Both the position numbers and the translations under genes were made by a program. A stretch of DNA of 64,000 bases from Clostridia bacterium (GTDB taxonomy: Bacteria; Bacillota; Clostridia; Oscillospirales; CAG-272). Shown in pieces: positions 44,896 to 55,537 of the stretch (positions are counted from its first letter, which is position 1; the number at the start of each line of letters is the position of its first letter). The stretch spans positions 22,040 through 86,039 of the forward strand of contig JAFYOX010000107.1 of the NCBI GenBank assembly GCA_017547755.1. Direction: 5' to 3'. The notes below the pieces were generated by a model that had not been told where the DNA came from, did no database searches, and saw only the letters and a list, made by a program, of their open reading frames with translations.

Positions 44896-47505
44896 ATGGT
44901 AACAAAGACAATGTTTCCGCTTCAGGATTTTGCACGTCCGGAATGGCTGAACCTGAACGGACCGTGGGATTTCTCGTTTGACGAACCCAGGTATGATTCT
45001 GTCATCGAAGTGCCCTATCCGTGGGGCTCTCCGCTGTCCGGCATCGCGGAATCGAAGGACGGCACCGGCTTCTACCGCCGCAGCGTGCAGTGGAATCCGA
45101 AGGGTGAAAAGATCTTCCTCTGCTTCGGTGCAGTGGATTACACCTGCGAAGTTGCCGTCAACGGCAAGGCGCTCGGCGGACACAAGGGCGGTTACGCAAA
45201 GTTCGAATTTGACGTGACCGACGTATGGAACCGCGAAGGCGACAACGAAATCACCGTTTCCGCGACCGACACCGGCGCGAGAAACCAGACCTATGGCAAG
45301 CAGGGCTACGGCGACGCACGCGGGATCTGGCAGACCGTATGGATGGAAGCACGTCCGGCGGCGTATATTAAGTCCTTCTTCGTAAAGACGAAGCTCGACG
45401 GTTACGTCACCTATGACGTGGAACTGAACGAGGAAGCCGAAGGAATGATTCTTACGGCGGATTTTGCGGGCATTCATTCCGAAGTGCGTGTGGAAAACGG
45501 TCGTGCGCTAGTGGAAATGAACATCGAAAATCCCAAGCTCTGGACGCCCGAAGAACCGAATCTCTACGACGGCACGCTGACGCTCGGCGATGACGTGGTC
45601 TCCACGTATTTCGGTATCCGAGAAATCGGTACCGGCAAGTTCGGTAAGAACAACCGCAATTACATCACCCTCAACGGCAAGCCGTACTACATCAACGGCG
45701 TTCTCGACCAGTCCTTCAACCCGAAGGGATTCTTCACCCTTCCGACCGACGAAGACTGCCGCGACGAGATCCTCCGTCTGAAGCGCATCGGCATCAACAT
45801 GGCGCGTATCCATATCAAGGCGGAAGAACCGCTGAAGCTGTACTACGCCGACCGTCTCGGTATGCTCATTATGGAAGACATCCCGTGCTTCTGGGGCAAT
45901 CCCGAACCGGATACGCAGGCGCAGTACGAAATCGAAATGGAAGAACAGATCCTCCGCGACCGCAACCATCCGTCGACGTTCTATTGGGTCGTCTTCAACG
46001 AAACCTGGGGCCTCTTCACCAAGTGGAAGGATGAAGATGGCAATGATCGCCGCGAATACAAGAAGGAAACCGCGGAATGGGTGGAAAAGTGCTTCCGCCG
46101 CGCGAAGGAACTCGACCCGACCCGTCTCGTGGAAGACAACTCCGTCTGCAACCGCGACCATACCATCACGGACGTCAACACATGGCACTTCTACTCCAAC
46201 GGCTACGAACGCGTGAAGGGTGTCGTTGACGGCTTCTGCAACGGTGCATACGTCGGTTCTCCGGAAAACTATAAGGAAGGCTACACCATGCAGGATGTAC
46301 CCTGCATGAACAGCGAATGCGGCAATGTCTGGGGCATCAAGGGCAACGCCGGCGAAAGCGATATTTCCTGGCAGTACAAGTACATGATGAACGAATTCCG
46401 TCTGCACGACAAGCTCTGCGGCTTCGTCTTCACGGAATTCCACGATGTTGTCAACGAATTCAACGGCTACTACAAGATCGACAATTCCGACAAGGACTTC
46501 GGCTACGACGCATACGGCATGAGTCTCCGCGATCTCCATTCGCAGGACTACCTCGGCGCGGACTATGCTCCGATGACCACCGTCAAGGCGAGCGATACCG
46601 TGACCCTTCCGATGTTCGGCTCCAGCTTCACGGATGCCCGTCACGGCAAGGTGCTCGATATCGTATGGCAGCTGACCGCATCCGATCCGATGAACGGCGG
46701 TCTGGCGGAAGTCTGTGATTTCGGTGAATACAGCATCGTATGGGAAGGCTACGGCACCTTCAACGCAGGCGCGATCCGCGCAGTCATGCCCGAGATCGAC
46801 GGTCCGGCAGTGCTGTCCTGGCAGCTCATGGACGGCGATGAAGTCATCATGACCAACGCCGTCATGTTCGACGTACAGGCGGAACGTGACGACGTTCTTG
46901 CGATCGCTCCGGCATCTCTCACCGGCGAAGGCTTCGCACGTGCGTTCACCGCGCAGGAAGGCAATAAGATGAACGGTCTCGAAAGCGGTACGTTCTCCGT
47001 TACCGTGAAGACCGCGGACATCCCGAACTTCGCGGATGCGGATGATCTCCGGATCCTCTTCGAAGCGTCCACGAGAGCGCCGATGACCCATGACTTCCCG
47101 AAGGAAGAAGCGAACATCAAGGTCGATATCAGCTATATGCTCGGCTACCGCTGTGACCCGGGCGAAAACCGCAACTCCTTCCCGCAGACGGACGAAGTTC
47201 CGAATCCGGGCAATGTTACGGTTGCGGTCGACGGCGTACCGTGCGCGAAGGTTCTCCTGCCCGACTGTCCGGCAGACTCCCGCGGCGCACTGTCCCATCA
47301 CTATCAGATCGTGGACGATCTCCTCGACGAAGCGGGTACCTACGGTTACCTCTGCGACGTCCGCGTACCGTCCGCAGTCCTGCTCGGCATGAAGTATAAG
47401 GATGAAGTTACCCTCACCTTCTCCACCGACAGCGGAAACGGTCTCTCCCTCTTCGGCAGAAAGAGCGGTAGATACGGTGTGGATATCGTGCTCAAGGCAG
47501 AATAA
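44896..47505 (+). CDS. GH2 family glycoside hydrolase
   Basis: 869 aa. N-terminal sugar-binding domain (FYRRSV..FGAVDY.CEV.VNG..GGHKGGY..FEFDVT), TIM barrel with NHPSTFYWVVFNETWG and WHFY. Confidence 0.85.
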   Translation: MVTKTMFPLQDFARPEWLNLNGPWDFSFDEPRYDSVIEVPYPWGSPLSGIAESKDGTGFYRRSVQWNPKGEKIFLCFGAVDYTCEVAVNGKALGGHKGGYAKFEFDVTDVWNREGDNEITVSATDTGARNQTYGKQGYGDARGIWQTVWMEARPAAYIKSFFVKTKLDGYVTYDVELNEEAEGMILTADFAGIHSEVRVENGRALVEMNIENPKLWTPEEPNLYDGTLTLGDDVVSTYFGIREIGTGKFGKNNRNYITLNGKPYYINGVLDQSFNPKGFFTLPTDEDCRDEILRLKRIGINMARIHIKAEEPLKLYYADRLGMLIMEDIPCFWGNPEPDTQAQYEIEMEEQILRDRNHPSTFYWVVFNETWGLFTKWKDEDGNDRREYKKETAEWVEKCFRRAKELDPTRLVEDNSVCNRDHTITDVNTWHFYSNGYERVKGVVDGFCNGAYVGSPENYKEGYTMQDVPCMNSECGNVWGIKGNAGESDISWQYKYMMNEFRLHDKLCGFVFTEFHDVVNEFNGYYKIDNSDKDFGYDAYGMSLRDLHSQDYLGADYAPMTTVKASDTVTLPMFGSSFTDARHGKVLDIVWQLTASDPMNGGLAEVCDFGEYSIVWEGYGTFNAGAIRAVMPEIDGPAVLSWQLMDGDEVIMTNAVMFDVQAERDDVLAIAPASLTGEGFARAFTAQEGNKMNGLESGTFSVTVKTADIPNFADADDLRILFEASTRAPMTHDFPKEEANIKVDISYMLGYRCDPGENRNSFPQTDEVPNPGNVTVAVDGVPCAKVLLPDCPADSRGALSHHYQIVDDLLDEAGTYGYLCDVRVPSAVLLGMKYKDEVTLTFSTDSGNGLSLFGRKSGRYGVDIVLKAE

Positions 47506-47520
47506 AAAGTGAATAACTGA

Positions 47521-47554
47521 AAAATCCCACGTCTTTCGGCTGACGTGGGATTTT
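47521..47554. terminator. Bidirectional terminator
   Basis: AAAATCCCACGTC-TTTCGGCT-GACGTGGGATTTT. Confidence 0.85.
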
Positions 47555-47563
47555 TGCTATGGA

Positions 47564-48916
47564 TTAAATTTTGAAAATTCCGAGGACATCGAGGATGGAG
47601 GAGATCAGAATCAGAACGATGAACACCGGGGCAACATACTTGATGATGACGGTGAAGAGCTTCTTTGCCTTGAACGGTGCGGAAACTTCCAGTTCGTCGA
47701 TGATCGCCTGCGGCTTGAGAACGTAGCCGATGAAGATACAGGTGAGGAACGCAACAATCGGCATGAGAACGCTGTTGCTGACGAAGTCGAACATATCGAG
47801 GATGGAAAGTCCGAGAACGCTGATGTTTCCGAGAACGCCGAATCCGAGAGAGGACGGGATGCCGAGGATGAACGTGCCTGCGAGAACGAGGAGACAGGTC
47901 TTCTTGCGGCCGAAATTCAGCTTGTCTTCGAAAATGGAAACGATGGTTTCCATCAGGGAGATGGCGGAGGTCAGAGCCGCGAAGAGAACGAGAAGGAAGA
48001 ATGCCGCGCCGATGATGGAACCGCCGGGCATGCTGTCGAATACCTTCGGGAGAGTGATGAACATCAGGCCGGGGCCCTTGCCGAGTGCGGCTTCGTCACC
48101 GCCGGAGAAGGCGAAGACTGACGGGATGATCATCATACCGGCGAGGAAGGCGATGCCGGTATCGAAGATTTCGATCTGATGAACGGAAGATTCGAGATTG
48201 ACGTCCTTTTTCATGTAGGAACCGTAGGTGATCATGATACCCATCGCAAGGGACATGGAGTAGAAGAGCTGACCCATGGCTGCGAGAACGGTCGTTGCGG
48301 AGAAGTGGCTGAAGTCGGGGGTGATGTAGTAGAGGAAGCCTTCCATGGCACCCGGGATGAACAGACCGTAGATGGCGATGAAGAGCGTGAGGATGACAAG
48401 GATGGGCATCATCAGCTTGCTGACCTTTTCAACCCCCTTTTCAACGCCGAGCATAACGACAACCGCGGTGATGCCGATGAAGACGGCAAACCATACCAGC
48501 GGTTCCGCAGGCTTTGCGATGAAATCCGTGAAGTAAGAATCGTTTGCTGCCGCCTTTGCGCCGCCGGAAACGAAAACGGCGAGATACTTGGTAACCCAGC
48601 CGCCGATGACGGAGTAGTAGGGGAAGATGATGATCGGGATGATCGCCGCGATCACGCCGACAAACTTGAATTTCTTGTTCAGCTTATTGAACGCACCGAT
48701 CGCGGAGAGACCGGTTTTGCGTCCGAGTGCGATTTCGGCAACCATGAGAGAGAAACCGAATGTGACTGCGAGAATGAGATAGACGAGCAGGAAGATCCCG
48801 CCGCCGTATTTTGCTGCAAGGTAGGGGAAACGCCAGATGTTTCCGAGACCGACCGCAGAACCGGCTGCCGCAAGAACGAATCCGAGCTTACCGGTGAAAC
48901 TGCTTCTGTTTTCCAT
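47564..48916 (-). CDS. Neurotransmitter:sodium symporter (NSS/SNF) family transporter
   Basis: 450 aa. GFVLAAAGSAVGLGNIWRFPYLAAKYGGG signature. Confidence 0.9.
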   Translation of the reverse strand: MENRSSFTGKLGFVLAAAGSAVGLGNIWRFPYLAAKYGGGIFLLVYLILAVTFGFSLMVAEIALGRKTGLSAIGAFNKLNKKFKFVGVIAAIIPIIIFPYYSVIGGWVTKYLAVFVSGGAKAAANDSYFTDFIAKPAEPLVWFAVFIGITAVVVMLGVEKGVEKVSKLMMPILVILTLFIAIYGLFIPGAMEGFLYYITPDFSHFSATTVLAAMGQLFYSMSLAMGIMITYGSYMKKDVNLESSVHQIEIFDTGIAFLAGMMIIPSVFAFSGGDEAALGKGPGLMFITLPKVFDSMPGGSIIGAAFFLLVLFAALTSAISLMETIVSIFEDKLNFGRKKTCLLVLAGTFILGIPSSLGFGVLGNISVLGLSILDMFDFVSNSVLMPIVAFLTCIFIGYVLKPQAIIDELEVSAPFKAKKLFTVIIKYVAPVFIVLILISSILDVLGIFKI

Positions 48917-49020
48917 AGAGAATGCTGTGACTCCTTTGATGATAAATATACATATATGATATGTTATTATATTATGCCATAAAAAATCGTAAAAAGCAAT
49001 AACTATACGGAATTTAAAAC

Positions 49021-49049
49021 AAAAAGGACTCCGGAAGAAGTCCTTTTTT
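49021..49049 (-). terminator. Terminator downstream of the GH20 gene
   Basis: AAGGACT-(8 nt)-AGTCCTT flanked by A/T runs. Confidence 0.65.
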
Positions 49050-49063
49050 GCTGTTTGGGGGAT

Positions 49064-50470
49064 TTAACCGCGCAGCATCCGGGTGAGGACGGCGTCGGTG
49101 TGCGCATAGTATGACGCAAGTTCGTCCGCAGTGATGTCGGAATGAACGTTCCACGTTTTTTCCGCAAGAGCCGGGATGCGTTCGCGGATCAGGGCAAATT
49201 CGGTTCTGCACGCTTCTTCGTTGGACGGGATATTTCCCATGCCGTCGCCCCAGGCGCAGATCTGTCCGCCGAGGACCGGTGCGGTGTCCGGTACGACGAT
49301 CTCCTGCTTGCTTGCGATGGAGTTCGGCCACCAGTGCTGCCAGGTGTAGATGTTCCAGTTCAGGATTTCCGCCGGCGTCCAGTGCGTGTTCGGCGTGACG
49401 ATGTACAGCGGCTTCCACGAGCAGTTGAAAATGGTGAATCCGCCTTCGAGCAGATCGGGCGCGAGCTGATAGTACGATTCCCACGCGATGACGATGACGT
49501 CCTTGGAGATGAGATGGTTGTATTCCCTGGAGAAGCCTTCCCAGATGACCGGGGTTCTGCCCATGGCGAGGACCATGTCGGTCACGCGCTGCAGGAAGTG
49601 CGCATAGGTCGCGTGGACATTTTCGAGACCGTGTTCCGCCATATACGCGCGGCAGCCTTCACAGTTGTTCCAGCGGTCGATGGCAGCTTCGTCGCCGCCG
49701 AGATGGATGTACGGCGAATCGGGGAAGATCTCGATGACTTCACGGAGAATTTTTTCCAGTCCGTCAAATGCCTTGTCTTCCGCACAGATGATGCCGTGGG
49801 AGCCGAAAACTTCCGGGTATTTCTGAAGGAACTGCGTGCAGTGACCGGGCATATCCACTTCCGGAACAAGCGTGACATGACGGCTTGCCGCATAGTCGCG
49901 GAGCGCTTCGAGTTCCGCGTAGGTATAGTGACGGTTTTCCGAAGGAAGGTCCGGGAACGCCCTGCAGGGAAGGGTATAGCTCTGGTCGTCCGTGAAGTGG
50001 AGCTGGAGACGGTTGATCTTGTAGAGCCAGCAGAGGTCGACCGCGTCAAAGAGATACTTGACCGGATGCCATCTTCTCGCAAGGTCGATCATCAGTCCGC
50101 GCCATGTTCCTTCGGGATGATCCTGCCATTCGCCGATCTTCGGCAGGGTCACGCCGCTGTCGGATTTTTCCATCAGTAGGAGAAGGCTTGCCAGCGCGTA
50201 AGACAGCGCGGTGCCGTCCTTGACGCGGATGTCCGCTTCGCCGCCGGCAAAGGAGAGCGTGTAGCCGCCGTCGGCAAGGCTTTCGTCGGTGGTGATGACG
50301 ATGCCGCCTTCTCCGCGCGTGAAGATCACGCCGAACACACGGTCGGCATAGTCGGTGAACGTGCGGATCACTTCGGGATATCCGATGCCGTCGGCATAGC
50401 GGTAATGCAGGGCAAGTTCTGCGGAAGGTTCTTCCGCAAAGGCGATTTTCGGTCTGGGAAGTACGTTCAT
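49064..50470 (-). CDS. GH20 family beta-N-acetylhexosaminidase
   Basis: 468 aa. RGLMIDLARRW, HFTDDQ, EVDMPGH and the HLGGDE catalytic pair. Confidence 0.85.
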   Translation of the reverse strand: MNVLPRPKIAFAEEPSAELALHYRYADGIGYPEVIRTFTDYADRVFGVIFTRGEGGIVITTDESLADGGYTLSFAGGEADIRVKDGTALSYALASLLLLMEKSDSGVTLPKIGEWQDHPEGTWRGLMIDLARRWHPVKYLFDAVDLCWLYKINRLQLHFTDDQSYTLPCRAFPDLPSENRHYTYAELEALRDYAASRHVTLVPEVDMPGHCTQFLQKYPEVFGSHGIICAEDKAFDGLEKILREVIEIFPDSPYIHLGGDEAAIDRWNNCEGCRAYMAEHGLENVHATYAHFLQRVTDMVLAMGRTPVIWEGFSREYNHLISKDVIVIAWESYYQLAPDLLEGGFTIFNCSWKPLYIVTPNTHWTPAEILNWNIYTWQHWWPNSIASKQEIVVPDTAPVLGGQICAWGDGMGNIPSNEEACRTEFALIRERIPALAEKTWNVHSDITADELASYYAHTDAVLTRMLRG

Positions 50471-50499
50471 GATTGGATTCCTTTCGCTGAATGACAGTG

Positions 50500-51378
50500 T
50501 TACAGATAAAATTTCAGAGTGTCCTCGATCCAGTAGAGAAATTCCGCTTTCGGCAGGAGACGTTCGTATTTTTTCAGTTTCCGGTAAGCCGTCACACCGT
50601 CGGACGGATCGTGCCAGATATCGGCAAAGACGAAGTCGTATTTTCCGGCTTTCATGCGTTTTTCCGCGTACTGATACGCGTCGTCATGCAGGACGGTGAT
50701 TTTGTCCGCACACGGAAGCTGCGGACGGATGTACGTTTCAAACAGCCGGATCACATTCCGGTCACGCTCCACGACAGTGACGGACGGTACGTCCGGTTTC
50801 CGAGCCGCCATGAACGCGAAGTAGCCGAGCCCAAGTCCGAACGTCAGCACCTTTCCGTGCGCACGACGGATCGGTTCGCGCATGGTGACGATCTCGTTCG
50901 GCGTGATGAGCATCCACTCGCGTCCGTTTTCGAGAACGGCGGGATAGCGGAATTCCCGGTCGAAAAAGCCGATCTGCGGAATGACCCGTCCGTCGGAAAA
51001 TCCGCGGAGATCACCGCAGGCGAAGGCTTCATATGGCTTGTACGTTTCGTATTTCAGCTCCCATGTTCCTTCGGTTCTTTCCGGGACGGTGACGGTGCGG
51101 AGATACGGATCTCCTGCGAATTCGTCATAGTCGAGCCGCCGGAGCATCGCGGGAAAATACCGTTCGAACAGTTCGCGTGCGTCGGGATCGTTTTCCGTAT
51201 CCATCTCGACGGCGGCCGCAAGAACGAACGCAAAGGCTTCCTCATCCGTGAGTCCGCAGTCCGTGCAGAGTTCATCGATGATTTCCTTCTGCACAAAATC
51301 CGGCTCACAGTTGAGGAAAATGCTCATTTTTTCGAGGAGAATGTGGTTGTACCGGTCGAATTTTTCGTTGGCAGTCAT
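50500..51378 (-). CDS. Class I SAM-dependent methyltransferase / spermidine synthase-like protein
   Basis: 292 aa. VLTFGLGLGYF (motif I), VVERD and FADIW. Confidence 0.6.
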   Translation of the reverse strand: MTANEKFDRYNHILLEKMSIFLNCEPDFVQKEIIDELCTDCGLTDEEAFAFVLAAAVEMDTENDPDARELFERYFPAMLRRLDYDEFAGDPYLRTVTVPERTEGTWELKYETYKPYEAFACGDLRGFSDGRVIPQIGFFDREFRYPAVLENGREWMLITPNEIVTMREPIRRAHGKVLTFGLGLGYFAFMAARKPDVPSVTVVERDRNVIRLFETYIRPQLPCADKITVLHDDAYQYAEKRMKAGKYDFVFADIWHDPSDGVTAYRKLKKYERLLPKAEFLYWIEDTLKFYL

Positions 51379-51381
51379 GGT

Positions 51382-53151
51382 TTACCGTGCGTCAAACGCG
51401 AACAGGTGCACCTTGTCCGCCGTGTCGTTGTTCCAGAGAGCGTTTACCGTGATTGACAGCGCAGTGAATTCCCCGGTGACGGGAAGGTTCACGCAGTGGC
51501 GGAGATTGCAGTCATCCGCGTATAGCGTGACGGCTTCGCCGTCCGCTTTTACTGCGGTGACGACATAGCTTTTAGCAAGTGTCGCAGGCATTGCCATGGT
51601 CGGGGATTCCGGGACGATGTTTGCACGCATGGAGTGACGGCGTTCGCACCAGTCGCCGGGAACGGTCGTACGGTCGAGGTCGGAGTCAAAGACGATGTGG
51701 ATGTTTTCGAGCTTCTGCGGTTGTGCGAAGGTATAGCCGACCGGCTGACCGAGAGGGAAGAACACACCCTGATCTTCGGGACCGTAGGTGTGGTTCGTCC
51801 GGTCGATGCCGCTCCGGAGGTTGTCGAGTCCTTCCGGGATCGCCGCTTCCCTGAGGAACGCGGGGATCTCGCGTTTGTTGTACGGCAGAAAACAGCCGTT
51901 TTCCATCAGGCGCGCTTTAAGAAGGGAAAGCTGTTCTTCATAAACGCCGCGCGGACTCAGTTCAAATTCCCGTGCGATGTTCGCCGCCGTACCGACCGCT
52001 TCGCCGAGGGTTGCGCAGGTCGCCATGACGCGCGCACTGCTCATTGCCGCGTGGGTGAGGGAGATATTTCTGCCCGCGAAGAACAGATTACCGATATTTC
52101 TGGAGTACAGACAGCGGTACGGGATACCGTACGGTGCGGGGGTTTTTCCCCAGACGTTCGGATTGCCGTAGTGATAGAATCCGTCGGGATGGTGATCGTC
52201 GAGCGGCCAGCCGCCGAACGCTGCGATGTCGTCGAAATGACCGCCGGAGAGCACGTCGCCCTGCGTCATGATGTAGTCGCCGACCATGCGGCGGGATTCC
52301 CGTTTGCCGGGAAGGAACGCGAGGAAGTCAAGCTGCCAGAAATCCGCGTCTTCCACTTCGCCGCTGTTTTTGATATAGTCGAACATCCCGTAGGCGAGGG
52401 AAACGAGTTCGTCGCGCAGTTCTTCGGTGTCACCGATGGAGTCGCGGTTTCCGCCGAGTTCGAGATACCAGAAATTTTCCGAAGAAGACTTCATATTCGG
52501 CTTGCGGAGCGCGATTTCTTCGGGAGTCAGGCGTTTTGCCCACGACGGCAGGATGAATTCGGATTTCCGGTCGCTTTTCCGGCACTGGATGAGACAGCTC
52601 ATGCCCATCGTCTGACGGTCAGCTTCCGTCTGCGAGGTTTTTTCGCCGAATTCTTCGCAGGATTCGCGTCCGACGCGGTATTCGGCGCCGGTCAGCGGCG
52701 CAAGGATGCTGTCGCCGGAGCAGTCCGCGAAATATTTTGCTTCGACCCTGTGCCACTTCTGCGTGGTGGTCTGCCAGCCGGTGATGCTTTTGATGATGCC
52801 GTCTTCGGTCACGGCGTCACAGCAGGAGCAGTTGAGCAGATAGGTGATGTTTTCTTCTTCACGGATCTTGCCGTAGAGAAGACCGTCCCAGATGCCGTAG
52901 ATCTTGTCGGGATTGCGGTAGATGGATTCGAGCTGGATCTCCTCGATGATGCCGGTCTCTCGGTTGTTTTCGCCGTCGGAGCCGCAGACCCACATCCGGA
53001 TCTCGGACGACGCGTTGCCGCCGAACATGGGACGGTCCTGCATGATGACGACTCTGGAACCGCCGCGTGCCGCCGCGATGGCCGCGCACATTCCGGCGAG
53101 ACCGCCGCCGACCACGCAGAGATCACAGGTATGGAGAATGGTTTCGAGCAT
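51382..53151 (-). CDS. FAD-dependent oxidoreductase (GlcNAc/glycan-cluster associated type)
   Basis: 589 aa. CDLCVVGGGLAGMCAAIAAAR dinucleotide motif. The ATG at 53151 follows AGGAAATGAGG. The track start at 53283 is an extension. Confidence 0.8.
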   Translation of the reverse strand: MLETILHTCDLCVVGGGLAGMCAAIAAARGGSRVVIMQDRPMFGGNASSEIRMWVCGSDGENNRETGIIEEIQLESIYRNPDKIYGIWDGLLYGKIREEENITYLLNCSCCDAVTEDGIIKSITGWQTTTQKWHRVEAKYFADCSGDSILAPLTGAEYRVGRESCEEFGEKTSQTEADRQTMGMSCLIQCRKSDRKSEFILPSWAKRLTPEEIALRKPNMKSSSENFWYLELGGNRDSIGDTEELRDELVSLAYGMFDYIKNSGEVEDADFWQLDFLAFLPGKRESRRMVGDYIMTQGDVLSGGHFDDIAAFGGWPLDDHHPDGFYHYGNPNVWGKTPAPYGIPYRCLYSRNIGNLFFAGRNISLTHAAMSSARVMATCATLGEAVGTAANIAREFELSPRGVYEEQLSLLKARLMENGCFLPYNKREIPAFLREAAIPEGLDNLRSGIDRTNHTYGPEDQGVFFPLGQPVGYTFAQPQKLENIHIVFDSDLDRTTVPGDWCERRHSMRANIVPESPTMAMPATLAKSYVVTAVKADGEAVTLYADDCNLRHCVNLPVTGEFTALSITVNALWNNDTADKVHLFAFDAR

Positions 53152-53243
53152 AATGGGTACCTCATTTCCTGAGATATTTTTTTCATTATACCATACAAAC
53201 AGAAGCGATTCAAGAAAAGCCCGCATTTTATCGAAATCCACGT

Positions 53244-53272
53244 TTGACAATCCACGGTGCGGGGTATATAAT
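53244..53272 (+). promoter_or_regulatory. Consensus sigma-70 promoter for the HAD phosphatase gene
   Basis: TTGACA, 17-nt spacer, TATAAT. Confidence 0.55.
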
Positions 53273-53303
53273 AAGGACATCAATTATCTGCCGGAGAATT
53301 ATC

Positions 53304-53963
53304 ATGAAGTATAAAGCAGCCATTTTTGACCTGGACGGCACCCTTCTCGACACGCTCGACGACCTTGCGGATGCCGTGAATCATACCATGGACGCCTACG
53401 GTTTTCCGCGCCGTACGCGGGACGAAGTCCGCGCGTTTGTCGGCAACGGCGTCGAACGCCTGATCGAGCTTGCGATGCCGCAGGATGATGCGTGCAGTCA
53501 TCCGCAGTTTGCTTCGGTCGTTGCGGATTACCGTGCATATTATGCCGCCAATTCCGAACATAAAACCGCGCCTTATGCCGGCGTGACCGCTCTGATCCGC
53601 AGACTGCTTGCGGAAGGGATCGCCGTTTCCGTGGTTTCCAACAAGCCGCACGGCGCGACGGTAACTCTGTGCGCGAAGTATTTCCCGGAAATTTCCGTTG
53701 TCTGCGGGGAACGGGAAGCTGAAGGCATCCGCCGCAAGCCGTATCCGGATACCGTATTCAAGGCGGTGGCGGAGCTCGGATTCGACGTGAAGGACTGCGT
53801 CTACATCGGAGACTCCGAAGTGGACATCAAAACCTCGGAAAACGCCGGAATGGACTGCATTTCCGTTCTCTGGGGCTTCCGTGACGAAGCGGAACTGCGG
53901 GAAGCCGGAGGTACGGTATTTGTTCGTACCGCAGACGAACTGTACGGCGCGATTGTAAAATAA
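53304..53963 (+). CDS. HAD-IA family hydrolase (phosphoglycolate phosphatase-like)
   Basis: 219 aa. AAIFDLDGTLLDT, VVSNK and YIGDSEVDI. Confidence 0.85.
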   Translation: MKYKAAIFDLDGTLLDTLDDLADAVNHTMDAYGFPRRTRDEVRAFVGNGVERLIELAMPQDDACSHPQFASVVADYRAYYAANSEHKTAPYAGVTALIRRLLAEGIAVSVVSNKPHGATVTLCAKYFPEISVVCGEREAEGIRRKPYPDTVFKAVAELGFDVKDCVYIGDSEVDIKTSENAGMDCISVLWGFRDEAELREAGGTVFVRTADELYGAIVK

Positions 53964-53970
53964 TGGACAA

Positions 53971-53999
53971 GGGACACCGGGAGACGGTGTCTCTTTTTT
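53971..53999 (+). terminator. Rho-independent terminator
   Basis: GGGACACCG-GGAGA-CGGTGTCTC followed by TTTTTT. Confidence 0.75.
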
Positions 54000-54019
54000 G
54001 CTTTTTTGTCGAAATCTTG

Positions 54020-54048
54020 TTTACAAAGACGACGGAAAATGCTATAAT
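54020..54048 (+). promoter_or_regulatory. Candidate sigma-70 promoter for MBOAT operon 2
   Basis: TTTACA, 17-nt spacer, TATAAT. Confidence 0.5.
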
Positions 54049-54103
54049 AAAACCGAAACAGCGTACATCGTTTTTTCCTATTTTTTACCCAAAGGATTAC
54101 ATA

Positions 54104-55510
54104 ATGGTTTTCTCGAATCTGTTTTTTCTGTACATCTTTATGCCGGCGTTGTTTCTGGCGTATTTTATTATAAAAAACAACACTTACCGCCGCATCGTGC
54201 TTCTGGCGTTCTCCCTTCTGTTCTATGCGTGGGGTGAGCCGATCGCGATCTTCCTGATGATCGGGCTGGTGCTCGGGGACTATCTGTTCGGGCGCCTGAT
54301 CGATCACGTGTATTCCGCCGGCGCCAAAAAGCTATGGCTCGTGCTGGCGATCATATTCAATCTGAGTATCCTCGGCGTATATAAATATCTCGGATTCTTT
54401 ACCGAGACGTTCAACACGATTTTCCGTGCGCAGGTTCCCGTACTGACGCTGACCATGCCGATCGGGATCAGCTTCTTCACCTTCCAGACGATGTCCTATG
54501 TCATCGACGTTTACCGTGAGGATGCAAAGGTGCAGAAGTCGTTCTTCAGTCTCCTGCTGTACGTTTCGTTCTTCCCGCAGCTGATTGCCGGTCCGATCGT
54601 ACGCTACAAGGACATCGAGGAACAGCTCCCCGACCGCCATGTGGATCTTGCGGATTTCAACGAAGGTCTGTTCCGCTTCTCGGTCGGTCTTGCCAAAAAG
54701 GTGCTGATCGCCGACTGCTGCGATACCGTGGTCACGTCGCTTTACGGACTGACGGACGTTACCTTTGCCGCACGCTGGGCGGGTGCGCTGTTCTTTACAC
54801 TGCAGCTCTACTTTGACTTCTCCGGGTATTCGGATATGGCGATCGGGCTCGGCAAGATGTTCGGCTTCCGATTCCTTGAAAACTTCAACTATCCGCTGAT
54901 CTCCCGCAGTGCCACCGAATTCTGGCGCAGATGGCATATGTCCCTCGGTACCTTCTTCCGGGATTACGTGTATATTCCGCTCGGCGGCAACCGTCACGAC
55001 CAGCAGAGAAACATCCTTGTGGTATGGTTCCTGACGGGGATGTGGCACGGTGCGTCGTGGAACTTCATCCTGTGGGGTCTGTATTATGCCGTGCTTCTGA
55101 TGTGGGAAAAGTCCTCCCTTCTCAAAACCTTCGAAAAAATGCCGAAAGCGGTATCGTTTGTCGTATCACACGCATACACGCTGTTTATTACCGTGTTCGG
55201 CTTCGCAATTTTCTATTTCGACAAAAATCTCCTGAAGAATCTCGGCTACCTGTTCGGCTTCGGCTGTACGGGTGTGACCGACCTCTTCACCAATTCCGTA
55301 ATTTTCGACAACATTCTTCTCCTTGCGGCTGCGCTGTTCTTCGCGGTACCCGTCATTCCGACGCTGTGGAACCGTCTGAAGGAACGCGGCATGCTCCCCT
55401 ACACGGCGGAACGGATTCTCAAGACGCTGGTGCTGATCGCGTTCATCACGCTCGCATCGGTTCGTCTGGTCGGCAATTCCTACAGTGCCTTCCTGTACTT
55501 CCGTTTCTGA
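54104..55510 (+). CDS. MBOAT family O-acyltransferase (second copy)
   Basis: 468 aa. MVFSNLFFLYIFMP start. FWRRWHMSLGTFFRDYVYIPLGGNR. Paralog of 9457..10905. Confidence 0.9.
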   Translation: MVFSNLFFLYIFMPALFLAYFIIKNNTYRRIVLLAFSLLFYAWGEPIAIFLMIGLVLGDYLFGRLIDHVYSAGAKKLWLVLAIIFNLSILGVYKYLGFFTETFNTIFRAQVPVLTLTMPIGISFFTFQTMSYVIDVYREDAKVQKSFFSLLLYVSFFPQLIAGPIVRYKDIEEQLPDRHVDLADFNEGLFRFSVGLAKKVLIADCCDTVVTSLYGLTDVTFAARWAGALFFTLQLYFDFSGYSDMAIGLGKMFGFRFLENFNYPLISRSATEFWRRWHMSLGTFFRDYVYIPLGGNRHDQQRNILVVWFLTGMWHGASWNFILWGLYYAVLLMWEKSSLLKTFEKMPKAVSFVVSHAYTLFITVFGFAIFYFDKNLLKNLGYLFGFGCTGVTDLFTNSVIFDNILLLAAALFFAVPVIPTLWNRLKERGMLPYTAERILKTLVLIAFITLASVRLVGNSYSAFLYFRF

Positions 55511-55537
55511 TCCTCTGCAACGAAAGGGCTTTGTATT